A stretch of 56,551 nucleotides of DNA, counting the filler, from Stramenopiles sp. TOSAG23-2 (Eukaryota), in the NCBI GenBank assembly GCA_900128395.1. It is 5 parts of 5 records of this genome, joined end to end, with 100 filler letters (N's around TTAATTAATTAA, not from the genome) between each part and the next. Parts side by side here need not be neighbours in the genome. Positions count along the whole stretch, not along the records: positions 1 to 11,263 come from LT649949.1; 4 more parts are not named here. The stretch is one strand, 5' to 3'. Position 1 is the first letter of the stretch, and every line of letters begins with the position of its first letter. The notes under the pieces are model-generated. The model saw only the letters and a list, made by a program, of their open reading frames with translations, was not told the DNA's origin and did not search any database. Below, one piece after another: positions 1-11,228 of the stretch. Made by a program: the position numbers and the translations under genes.

Positions 1-439
1 GTTGTTCTTACTGAAATTGGCAAAAAAAGTGTATATATATGTATCTATTGTTTTTACCTCCTTAAAAACACCTTATTCAGTGCTATAGTCATGTAGAATA
101 GGTACTCTTCAAAAGCAAACAGGGACACAGCATCATGCTGCAAAAAAATAAGAATTAGAATGCAAAAAAATGGAGTGATGTGCTGATGTGCCACCACACA
201 GACACAGAGGAGAGTGCGAGTTAGAGTGTGTGGTGCGACACAAAAAAAGAACACAGAAGATATATGAAAAAAGATATGAAATTTCAATACGACACAAGAG
301 TCCAACGCGACGCAGACTAATATATATACAACAATACCGAATCAATCCATCATCAACGCCACGTTAACCAATATATATATACATAACAACAATAAAAAAG
401 CAAAAATCACCCCAACCTAAAAAAAAATATATAAACAAT

Positions 440-1417
440 ATGAATTATCGCAACATTATCATCATTACAATTTGTGCTTATTTATATGCTGGTCCAGCAT
501 TTGAAGTCACAACTATTAAAGGTAAAACTGCATTAGTCACAGGTGGATCGCAAGGTTTAGGATTAGCAATTGCGAAAGATTTAGCAAAAGAAGGTGTTTC
601 AAAATTAGCTATATGTGCACGCAATATTGAAAAGGTAAATAAAGCAAAAGAAGCTTTGGCAATAGAATTTCCAAATGTAAAAGTATATGGCTTTCGTTGT
701 GATATTTCAGATAAATCGTCCCGTAATTTATTAGTAAAAGAATTATTTTCTGCTTTTAATAATAAACTTGATATTTTAATCAACAATGCAGGTGTTGAAA
801 AATGTTACCATTACGAAAAATATACAGAGGAAGATATTGAGATGCAAATGCAAATCAATAACAATGGTGCTGCGCAATTAACAAGGGCATTTATGCCTCA
901 AATGATTGAACGAAAAACGGGACATATTGTGATGATGTCTTCCATTTTAGGTCAAATACCTTGTGCATATTGTGCCATTTATTCCGCTACACGACATTTT
1001 ACATATGGATTAGCCATGTCTTTAAGAGGGGAAATGGCACATCGTCAAACTGGCGTAACAGTGCATTCAATACATCCAGGATTTATTGAAAATACTGGCG
1101 TATATAAAAACGTTCAAGATGATGTGAAAAAAGATACATCAGCACAAGAATTTCATATTCATTGGTTATTTGGTACAGGCGGACAAGATGTTGATACAGC
1201 AATTGCAGTATCAAAAATGATTAAAACAAATCAACCAGAAGTAATCATTAATACCCCACCATTGCGACCGACAATTGTATTATCGAAAATATTTCCACGA
1301 TTTTTCGATTATTTAGTTTATTATTGGCCTGGAACAGTTGATCCATTAGCAGATGCTATTAAATTAAGAGTGAATGGAAAGTTAAAAAGAGATACATTAG
1401 CAGTTTCTTCTGTTTAA
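440..1417 (+). CDS. Short-chain dehydrogenase/reductase (classical SDR) with N-terminal hydrophobic anchor
   Basis: TGGSQGLG Rossmann motif, DILINNAG, MMSS catalytic Ser, YSATR (YxxxK variant), IHPGFI; N-terminal IIIITICAYLY segment. Confidence 0.92.
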   Translation: MNYRNIIIITICAYLYAGPAFEVTTIKGKTALVTGGSQGLGLAIAKDLAKEGVSKLAICARNIEKVNKAKEALAIEFPNVKVYGFRCDISDKSSRNLLVKELFSAFNNKLDILINNAGVEKCYHYEKYTEEDIEMQMQINNNGAAQLTRAFMPQMIERKTGHIVMMSSILGQIPCAYCAIYSATRHFTYGLAMSLRGEMAHRQTGVTVHSIHPGFIENTGVYKNVQDDVKKDTSAQEFHIHWLFGTGGQDVDTAIAVSKMIKTNQPEVIINTPPLRPTIVLSKIFPRFFDYLVYYWPGTVDPLADAIKLRVNGKLKRDTLAVSSV

Positions 1418-1730
1418 AAAAAAAAAAAAAAAATGTGATTATGATATGATATATAAAATGTTCTCTTACTCATATCGATATATTATATAAATTTATGTGA
1501 TTATGATATATGATATGATATAATATCAAGATACAAATTTTTAAAAAAAGTGTACGCGTCATTTTTAAAAAGTGGCTTTTATCGCGTTTATAGAACATGA
1601 TACTTCTCGTATCGGAGTGTGCATTTTCAAAAGTGAGGTAGAGAAGGAGAGAAGGAAAACAAAAGGGTAAAAAGTGTGCGTGTGTACGTGTGTATATCTC
1701 CTCTTGATTTTAAATTTTATATTTTTAATA

Positions 1731-2105
1731 GAGCCACCTCCGCTAATACCGTCGCCAAATAAGGTTTTCTCTAAAATCGCTTAATTTTTACACAAAATGC
1801 CGCCGGAAAATTAGTGAATCGTTTCTAATTGTAAAAAAAATCATCAGAGATCATGTACACACAGTGTGTACAACATCTAGTCACTTTTTCTTTTCGATTT
1901 GAATCCATTTACGAATTTTCCGGTACCAATATGTGTATAAATTTAGCATCATTTAATCAACGTCAAAATCTTCGAAAAAATGGATATGGGAGGTCTTAAA
2001 ATTAGGGTTAAAAGTTTATTTTACTGCTATTCGCATACTAATACACAATATTGTAGAGAAATAATTTATTTTCGTTTTAGGCGACACTTTTAGCGGACTT
2101 GGCTC
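1731..2105. mobile_element. Putative MITE (non-autonomous DNA transposon, possibly PIF/Harbinger-Tourist-like), 375 bp
   Basis: Terminal inverted repeats 1731-1756 (GAGCCACCTCCGCTAATACCGTCGCC) and 2080-2105 (reverse complement GAGCCAAGTCCGCTAAAAGTGTCGCC), 21/26 identical; ATA on both flanks (1728-1730, 2106-2108); no long ORF inside. Confidence 0.7.
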
Positions 2106-2557
2106 ATAAAAATTATAAAAAAATAACACATTATAATGTGGAGAAGTAATTTTTATAATTTTTTAAAAGATATCATACGTGTTTTTATTATATATATATA
2201 ATTATACGAGTACCACATAATATATACACACACGTAAAAATTACGAACTTTGTAAAAAAGAATATTTTTTCTTTTAATTCCTCGTACGCGCGATATATGA
2301 TACGTATCATACTTTAACTTTTTTTTTTCACTTTCTCTACATTGACTTTTGTCTTATTTTAAATACATGTCCTCATTTTACTTTTTTCATGTTTCTTTTT
2401 TTTTTTACATTTTTTTTGTTTACAATATATTTTTTAATATTATTTCTTTACACATGTTAAAACGATTAATATGCAGTTTGAATGCATCCAGTATGTTTTG
2501 AACATACTTTTAAAACCGAATTACGCTACCCCTGACCCTAACCTAGCTTTCGTTTAA

Positions 2558-2663
2558 ACAAACACAGTGCAAGATTCAAACTCCACAAACACGGTGCAGG
2601 ATTTTCGCAGGTAACTACAAACATGGTGCAGGATTCAAACTCCACAAACACGGTGCAGGATTA
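2558..2663 (-). repeat. Four-copy AATCCTGCACCGTGTTTGT array directly after/overlapping the EF-hand gene stop codon
   Basis: Plus-strand units acaaacacggtgcaggatt at 2558, 2585, 2617, 2644 (0-2 mismatches); the last unit overlaps the TAA at 2663-2661. Confidence 0.9.
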
Positions 2664-5600
2664 TGGATCTACCATCTCACAAAATGTTGGATAATGGCAT
2701 TGATCTGTTTTTCCTGGAATAATCATACCAAATGCCTTTAACAAGCAATCTTGCTCTTCTTTTAAAGGTGGTAATAAATTTAAAAATCCTAATACGCATG
2801 TAAATTGATTTTTCGTAACTGTTCCCCTATTTGTTTTATCGTAATTTTGAAATGCTTGTTTTACATTCATTCTACGTTCACGTACGATACGTTTTATGTT
2901 CAGTAAAATGGATTGTAATGCATTTTGATTTACACCAGTTGCATCAACGCTAAAACGCCATTTTTTCCACGTTGGCAACCCTTTCGTTGGACTCTGTTCC
3001 AAATGAACGCGTTGTTCAATATCCAAGAAAAATTTATTCCAATACACTTCATCATCATGCTCTGCACTTTTGTATTTTTCACATAATGCTTGTTTCTCTT
3101 GGTATGTTAAACGAAAGTTTGTCCCTAATGCAACATCAAGTGCGCGATGCATTTTACCCATGGAAATCGCACCACTACGAAGTTGATCGTAATCTTTAAA
3201 GAAAACATCTAATGGTATACCACGACTTTTCACATGTTCACGTATGCGTATCATGACATCATCTAAATCTACAGGGGCACTTTTACTTTCCACTTTTGAT
3301 GCTGCGGAAATACTGTAATTTTTCTTTGTTGTTCTTTCTGGTGGATCAATGACATCGCAAAATTTCTTGTAATTCACATCGTATAATTCTTTCGATTGCC
3401 CAAGGGAACGTACTGCAAATTCACTTTTTGCAATTAATGGCATGATATCGGTAAATCGTGTAGTATTAAATACTAAGGATAAACATCGAACGAAGCTATA
3501 TGTATGTATGTGTGTGTGTGTGTGTATTTGTATATGTGTGTGTTAGTTTTGTTGTTTTTATTGTTTTTATACATGGTGTGTGTTTGTGTATATATATATA
3601 TATATAAGTAGTGTGGAAATGTATGTGTGTGTGTATGAATGTAAAGGTTGTCGTATAGTTAAATACGCTAACACTCCACAAACACGGTGCAGGATTACCA
3701 CCCCACAAACACGGTGCAGGATTATCACACGGTGCAGGATTACTCACCGATCTTGTGGTAATAATCCACGTTTATGCTTATCCAATTTTTGAAAGGACAT
3801 GCGTGTTAATATATTTGCCCTTGTTACCGTCTCCTTCATATCTCGTAAATATTCATTCAATTCATACCGTTCCTCTTCAGTCAATGATGTTTCATCCGTA
3901 TAACCAGCATCGATAACTTTTTGCGTTGCGCCCATGACATCCATCGTTGGATTTCTTTCTAAATTTGCAACGGTGAACACAGATTCTAAATCAGCAACAA
4001 ATTGTCTCCAATCAATCGTTGGTTGAAAGGATTTCCACGTATCCTCATCCAATGACCCAGTCGCTAAATAAATTGGTTCTAACATTTGCAATTGTGCTGC
4101 TGATAAATCTGCAGCTTGGCACATTTCTTTAATACCTTGGCGAAATTTATATATATTAATTTTACCAGTTTGCAATGGATCGCTATCACGGAAAAATTCC
4201 TTCGTGCGCAATCGTCTACCACGTACAAATTGACGAATTCTCCACATCACTTGATCTGCATTGCTGCCTTTTGCTCTCCATGTATCGCCAACATATGGTG
4301 TCTCTGACATTGGCACACCGCCGCCGCCATCATCTTTCTTTCCCTTATTATTATCCATTCGTACACTGCCAACTGCGCCGACTTCTTTTAAAAATGGTCG
4401 GTAACGTACCAACGTAGTGCCATATCCACCGCCACTTTGGTATCCATATTTTTTAATAATGCATTCTAATACTTCATCTTCCTCCGGGCGTATTTTACGT
4501 AAAGACAATACATCTTTTAAAAATGGTCGGTAACGTACCAACGTAGTGCCATATCCACCGCCACTTTGGTATCCATATTTTTTAATAATGCATTCTAATA
4601 CTTCATCTTCCTCCGGGCGTATTTTACGTAAAGACAATACACGTTCAAATTGATCACGTGTCACTGCACCCCTTGAAGTGCGATCGAAATCTCTGAATAC
4701 ATCTTGTAAGGACATGCGTGATTGATTTACAATCTGTTTTAAATTTCTTAAACCGATACGTAACAGTTCTTCTTCCCCATCAGTTAATTGTGGCAATTGT
4801 ACACGTGGTGCATGTGCAATTCTCCATGGTGCAGAATCCAATCCTTTTTGCGGGCTACGTTCTAAATTTTTAGCAGTAAATGCTAAATCAATGAAGGAAC
4901 ACATCGAACGGTAATCAACGAAATCATCCGGTCCTGGTATGGCATATTTATCAGCAAGGCTATCCATCTCCGCTTCCGTAAATTCACTTGGTAGACACAT
5001 ATACATGCATGTTTTGAATTTTGGTCGTTTAATAACACCTTTTCTCATTTTATCGAAATCATCGAAAAACATACGTAAGCGTATTTTCCGTTCCGATACG
5101 ATACGTATTAAACGTTGCAAGATTAATTCTCCATCATTTGGTCTCCAACTTGCAGATAAAATTCCCGTATTTGCACCACCACCAGCAGTTGTTGGGTTCA
5201 ACAACTTTGCACTTGCATTTCGCTGTGCAATTTTTTGCTGTTCAATAGCTTCCCGTTCTTTTGGTGTACTTTCCGCATCACGACAAAATGCTTTGTAACA
5301 GATACTTTCACCATCGGAATAACTTTTTGCTAATAGTTCACTTTCCACCATATTAATATCTTTTGGCAATGCCGTTTGCAATGCACGGTGAAAGCGACTT
5401 TCACTTACAAATCCTGTGTTATTTTTATCAAAATCTCGAAAGAAGATTTTTAAAATAACACCACGATCACGTTGTGCTTTGGAAACATTTACCATAATAC
5501 CACGTAATTCAGCGCGTTCCGTGGCAGTTAAAGGCAATCCATATGGTCTTGGATTTGCACCAGCCAACGCTAAACGTACTTGTTTCGTTGGGGAAAGTTC

Positions 5601-5861
5601 CAATCCTTTGACACTGTAGACCATATTGACTTGATCACAGAACGTTGCATAATCAACGTTCCCATCACCCGCATCGAACATAGCTTCCAATGCATCTAAT
5701 TGTGCACGATTTAATTGAACCTTTGCAATAGATAAAGCACGTTCAAAACGATTTTTATTAATATATTTATGGTTTAATTGGTCAAAATCACGAAAATAAT
5801 CATCTAAACGAAATTTATTACGTAATGCTTGCTTTTGTACTTCCGCAACAACGTCTGCCAT
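2661..5861 (-). CDS. Multi-EF-hand protein, CFAP115/EFCAB6-like flagellar type; two exons join(5861..3748, 3495..2661)
   Basis: Repeated F-x-D-F-D-x-x-x-x-G EF-hand pairs in both ORFs; removing the GTGAGT...ATATAG intron fuses them in frame (QD-R-FVRCLSLVFNTTRFTDI-MPLIAK). Subfamily is from recalled pattern only. Confidence 0.85.
3496..3747 (-). other. 252-nt spliceosomal intron carrying CCTGCACCGTGT repeats (Introner-like candidate)
   Basis: Donor GTGAGT 3747-3742, acceptor TAG ending 3496, phase 2, restores the reading frame; three core repeats then (CA)/(TA) microsatellite. Confidence 0.9.
4384..4641. repeat. Exact 129-nt in-frame tandem duplication in the EF-hand CDS
   Basis: 4384-4512 identical to 4513-4641; 43 codons repeated. 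Confidence 0.95.
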
Positions 5862-6184
5862 GGTTGTGTAATAATAGTAATAATATAATTTCTTGTGTGT
5901 TATATATATATATATATATATATGTTATTATATCTTGTTTGATGGATTCTTCTTCTTGTTTCTGTGTATGGTATAATATTTATTTCGTATATATGTTTTT
6001 GTATGTGATATATATTTTATAAATTATTGCGTGTGTTTTTTGTAATGGTATTTCCTTGTTAATCGATCGATTTGCCGCCTCGGATGTAATAACAAAACGC
6101 CTAGAGAGAGAGATAATGGAATGAGGTAAAAACGGATAAGATATGAGATATGATATGGAATATAGGATAGAAATAGTATTATAA

Positions 6185-6545
6185 TAGGTAAAAACATTGA
6201 TAAATAGGAGGAGATAGAATAGTGAAATAACAAGTTAAGTACAGATGGAAACAGGGGGAAATCGTTTGATATGGGAATAGTAGGTAAAAACATAGATAAA
6301 TAGGAGGAGATAGAATAGTGAAATTAGATATTAAGTAATGGGAATAGTAGGTAAAAACATTGATAAATAGGAGGAGATAGAATATAAATAGTGAAATAAC
6401 AAGTTAAGTATCGATTTAATGATGGAAATAGGGGGAAATCGTTTGAAAATCGTTTGAGAATACGAAATAACAAAAGTTAAGTATCGATTTTATGATGGAA
6501 ATAGGGGAAAATCGTTTGAGAATACGAAATGACACAAGTTAAGTA
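6185..6545. repeat. Composite purine-rich minisatellite in a divergent intergenic region
   Basis: TAGGTAAAAACATWGATAAATAGGAGGAGATAGAATA at 6185, 6281, 6348; GATGGAAAYAGGGGRAAATCGTTTGA three times; AAGTTAAGTA four times. Confidence 0.9.
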
Positions 6546-6811
6546 CAACAACAAAAAAAAGGAGGAATCTGTGGCACCCTTTGCATTTTAAAAAAGAGGG
6601 CCGTGGTTTTCCTCCGATCCTACTCGATAGCAGGTAAATAGTATGCATTTAAGGTGAAATTTCCAATATTCCATCCAAAATATATAGACAATTTGTATAT
6701 ATAAAAATAACAAACACACACAAACGTTTGATAACATAGATATATATACATCACATTGTTAATATATACATATCCATTCTCTCACTCTGTGCGTGTGTTC
6801 TATAAATATTA

Positions 6812-9800
6812 ATGATGAAAAGAAAGAAAATGGTTTGTCATCGTAATAATAATAATACAAATGATTCTTCCAATCATCATATGAAAAGGAAACAACGCCA
6901 TTATTATTATTATAATAATAATAATAATAATAATAATCAACAACTTTTGTATATTCTTTCTATTGTTGCAATTATATTTGCTTTATTTATATCCCCAACA
7001 TATTCACAAGTTGTGGAAGAAGAGAAACGACCACAACCACCTGCAGAAGAAGTAACTGCAAGAAATGCGGATACTAGCTCATATACAAATATCTTGAAAC
7101 AATTGGAACAACCAACGGGTGCTGCTGCTGCTACGACAAAAGCATCGACTGATGGAGTGAAGGAAGAGAAACAAATTCCAAATACAAAACCAGATATTGC
7201 ATCTCCTGATAATAATATGTTAACATATGAACATAATAAATTTGACTATGTCAAGTTACAAAAGATTCTTCACGATAAAACAGCAGATTTTCAAATGAAA
7301 TTTCTACCAGGGCGTGTGAATGTGAAATTAGGTAAAGTTACAATAGATGCATTAAAAGGTCGTCGTAGTGAAGATATTGGTGCAACTGGAGAAATTAACA
7401 ACATTTTTGACCAAAATAGTAATAGTAAAAATAATAAACAAACAAACGGTAATGGTATTAGTAGTACGAGCCGTGTGTTTGGTATAGATGTAAATGAGAA
7501 ACATGTTCATCATTTATTTAAAGGTGCGATCACCGGTATGGAACAACAACAACAACAAGACGTAGCAAATTTGGCAACTGGGCCAATGGATGCAACTGCG
7601 TTGGAATCCGTAGCGTCTGAATCGAAATTACCACAAGTTGTTGCTTTAAAGGAACAAGTAGAAGATGCAAAATTTGAACTTGCAAAAATACCGATAGATG
7701 ATTTAGAAAATCCATCGTATGTAGGGGCAAAGAAAAAATACGATGATGCGTTAGGACGATTACAAGCATCATTGATGCCCACCGGACCATCATCGTCATC
7801 ATCATCCTTTGCACAACCACCAACTGGTGCTACTGGCAATACCAATTATATAAATTTCGATGCACCAACTGGTAGTGTGAATAATAAGAATAATGAAATG
7901 ATACATAACTCTGCTACGTATCGTGTGTTAAAACCTTCTATCTTGCCATTTGGACCAACTGGTACTCGCAATGGTGAAGGTGCGTTACTCGATGCAACTG
8001 GGTTATTAATAGCTAAAAAACGACATGTTCAATTGTTGAAAGACATTGAAATACTTAAAGATGAATCGGAAATGTTGAAAAAATCAAAACGTATGAACGA
8101 AGTAAAAGTAAGACAATTGCAAATGGAAGAATTAAAACAAAAAGTAGTCAACGTGGAAAAAATGATTCAAGATGCTACTGGTGGTGCAACTGGTGGTACG
8201 TCTACTGGTGGTGGAAATGATGATGATTCGATGTATTTTACGTCAACAAGTACTGGTAATAGTAACGGCAAGAAAAAGAAGAAGAGGGAGGAGGAGAAGA
8301 AAAAGAAGAAGATACCTTTTGATGCAACAGGTACTGAGGCTACGACGACGACGACGTTGACTCCAACAACAACCTGTGATGAATGCAAATGTGATAAAGA
8401 AACGGATCAAGTGCAATATGAAGAAGTTCATGGGCATAAATATTGCTATTGCACATCTGCAAATTTTATCACGAAACGTAGACGTTGTTTAGGGCCAATT
8501 CCAAGGAATAGGCCAACTGCTTGCGAGGCATGTGTCTGTGCAGCAGATGAACAACCATTTGGACAAGTTCATACGTTTAAAACATTTGGTGGTACAAATG
8601 CATGTTTATGCGCTGGTAAAGTATCAGTTGGTCGTAGTAAAATATGTAGTGGTGAATTACCAACGGCATATGAAAAGACGATGGATTGTTCATTAGCAAA
8701 ATGCAGTGGTGGTGGTGGTGATCCGGGCCAACGTATTGTATACCAAGCATTAGGCGATGTCAACCGTTACTATTGCATCGATGTACGTACGAATAATCCA
8801 ATTACGGAGCCAAAACATTGTAAAGGTTTTATCAATGCGAAAAAATTATGTACTACATGTACGTGCAATCCAAATGGACGCGCACCCGAACTGGTATATG
8901 AACGAATGAATGGTAATAACATTTGCTATTGCAAAGGTGCAGATGGAAATACAATTAGTGAAGTGTGCCATGGGCCATTACCAAATGGAAACGTCGCACC
9001 ATCTAATATTGCACCGCGTACGGAATCCAATAATTTAATGGCAACGATGTATGGCAATAAAAAATATGTACATTATCAAAAACATTTATCAATGGAAAGC
9101 AAATCTGCAATACAACGTTTAAGGCAAGCATTGAATATTTTAATCGATAACAATGCCTCGTTCCAAGAAATGTTAAATGTCATGAAAAGTTTATCGCACC
9201 AAGTGAAGGCGGATAAAAATTCAGCGGATTTAATCCATTCCTTAGATGCAAAAGGTTGCGGGCATTCCATTGCGGAATATAGTGCAGAAGTGAAACAAGC
9301 GTTGGAACGTAAGCAACAATGCATTGCAGCCGTGAAAGAACGTGAGGTGGAAAGCAATTCTGCAAAGAAAGAGTTTATTAAATTAGTGGATATGGATAAA
9401 TTTGGAAAAGGTAAAATTGCTGATATTAAACGTAGAGAAAAAGTATTAAGTAAAATTGAACAAGCGGAGATGGCATCTGAATTTGCAACGAAAGCATCGG
9501 AAAAGATCTATAAAACTACTATGAATGCATTGATGGGAAATGTGCAAGAAGGGTTGAAAAATAGTGATCCATCCATCGATGAAGATTTAAAAACAAAACC
9601 AAAACCATCCACAACATCAGCAACGAAAGTCGTGCAACAACAACAAGAACCATCGTCTTTTTTAGAGAAAAAAGAAAATATCGTAGAATCAGATATTCTT
9701 ATCAAACAAGAATCGCAAACTGTTGATAAAGTATTAAATTCAATTGCAAAGAGGAAGATACGTAGGAGGAGGCATAATAATAATATGAGAAGTAGTAGTA

Positions 9801-11061
9801 GTAATGGTGGCAAAACAAATAATAATAAGTATGCAGCAGCAGAGGCAGCATCAAAATCGTTACCAAAAGATCCATCAAAAGACAAAGCGTCTACATTGCA
9901 AATACATAAATTTCCAAGGCATACATATAATAACGTCGTCGATAAATGGCATAAAGAAATCAAGGCACATGATAATTTAGAAGAATTAAGTAAATTAGCC
10001 ATGGGTATTCATTCCACCGGGGAGAAAGTGGAAAAAACGATGGAATTGCCTAATGCTGCGGATCAAATGAAAAATTTGAAATTAACGTTGAAAGATGAGA
10101 AAAAAATGGTGCAAACGAATATCTTAGCAAATGATATGAAACGTGGTAATTACGATCGTTTACGCGTGCGAAATGTCCAAGCGAAAGCGGCATTGGCAAC
10201 GGCGGAGCAAAAATTAAACGATGCAAACGTCATGTTGCGTAATGTGAAAGAATTTAGCAATACCATTTTAAGCAGCTGTAATTTAAAATCAAAGCGTTAC
10301 AATGAAGAAAATAAAGAACGTGTGAAAACCATACGTTTAACGGATGATTTAATCGTAGCAATTGAAGGTGCTATTAATGGTGGTGGTGAAAGTGATTTCC
10401 CGAATGTACGTTTAACGGATGATTTAATCGTAGCAATTGAAGGTGCTATTAATGGTGGTGGTGAAAGTGATTTCCCGAATGAATTGTTGTCCGTGGAAAA
10501 AGAACTGCAAAGTCATGAAGGTCGTAAAAATTACACAAAGAAATTCAATGGTTTAGATTTAGCAAAAGATGATTCTACTAAAAAATATTCTGCCATACAA
10601 CCAGGCAATCAATGTACATACATTGTAAAAGCTGGCGATCATTTACAATCCATTCAACAAAAATTTAACATTGCAAATGAAAAAGATCTTAGAAATGCAA
10701 ATATGAATTTAGAAAATCTGTTTGATACGCAGCATCTGAAAATCGTGTATCCACCTGTCGGTACATACGTTGTCGTTCCGCGTAAATTTATTATTACAAA
10801 GAAATTGAAAAAAATGTGTTCAAAAATACAACGTGCTGTAGAAAATACAACCGTGCCTGTGAACCATTTCGTTTTGGAAGATGATGAAGATATGCAAGAT
10901 CAAACGAGAAACCATACGACGTTGCGTGAAGGTGACGAGAAACATATGGAACAAAATCCATTTTGCCATTCAACAATTATCCACGAACACAACCAATTGA
11001 ATAAATTGTTCGTTTTGGAAGATGATGAAGATATGCAAGATCAAACGAGAAACCATACGAC
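6812..11061 (+). CDS. Large secreted/membrane-anchored protein with four Cys-rich repeats, coiled coils and a LysM domain; 3' end incomplete
   Basis: Hydrophobic LLYILSIVAIIFALFISPTYS segment; CxxCxC...C-x-C...C-x-G-x-x-P repeats 8375-8983; YIVKAGDHLQSIQQKFNI...LRNAN LysM signature at about 10619-10781; ORF ends at a GTGAGT donor. Confidence 0.8.
10332..10481. repeat. Exact 75-nt in-frame tandem duplication
   Basis: 10332-10406 identical to 10407-10481 (RLTDDLIVAIEGAINGGGESDFPN twice). Confidence 0.95.
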
Positions 11062-11063
11062 GT
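10868..11063. repeat. Exact 55-nt direct repeat, 141-nt offset, in frame
   Basis: 10868-10922 identical to 11009-11063 (FVLEDDEDMQDQTRNHTT twice). Confidence 0.95.
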
Positions 11064-11183
11064 GAGTACCTTACCTGCACCGTGTTGGCGTATTCGCCTT
11101 ACCTGCACCGTGTTCCTTACCTGTTCCTTACCTGTTCCTTACCTGCACCGTGTTGGCGTATTCAACTATACGACGACAGCCTC

Positions 11184-11228
<45 letters not shown>

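Noticed and set aside
11-137. Possible minus-strand exon (58-137) and 47-nt intron (57-11)
   Set aside because: GT...TTTCAG is frame-compatible, but there is too little sequence at the contig edge to support a gene
2529-2546. Telomeric repeat (TTAGGG-like)
   Set aside because: One exact and two degenerate units only; not a telomere array (noted within the repeat finding)
2558-2663. CRISPR-like repeat-spacer appearance
   Set aside because: Spacers are only 8-13 nt and partly identical, no cas genes are present, and the context is eukaryotic
3496-3747. 83-aa ORF MSNPAPC... and 11062..11247 ORF MSTLPAPC... as a small peptide family
   Set aside because: They start at the GTG of the splice donor and translate intron repeats and microsatellite
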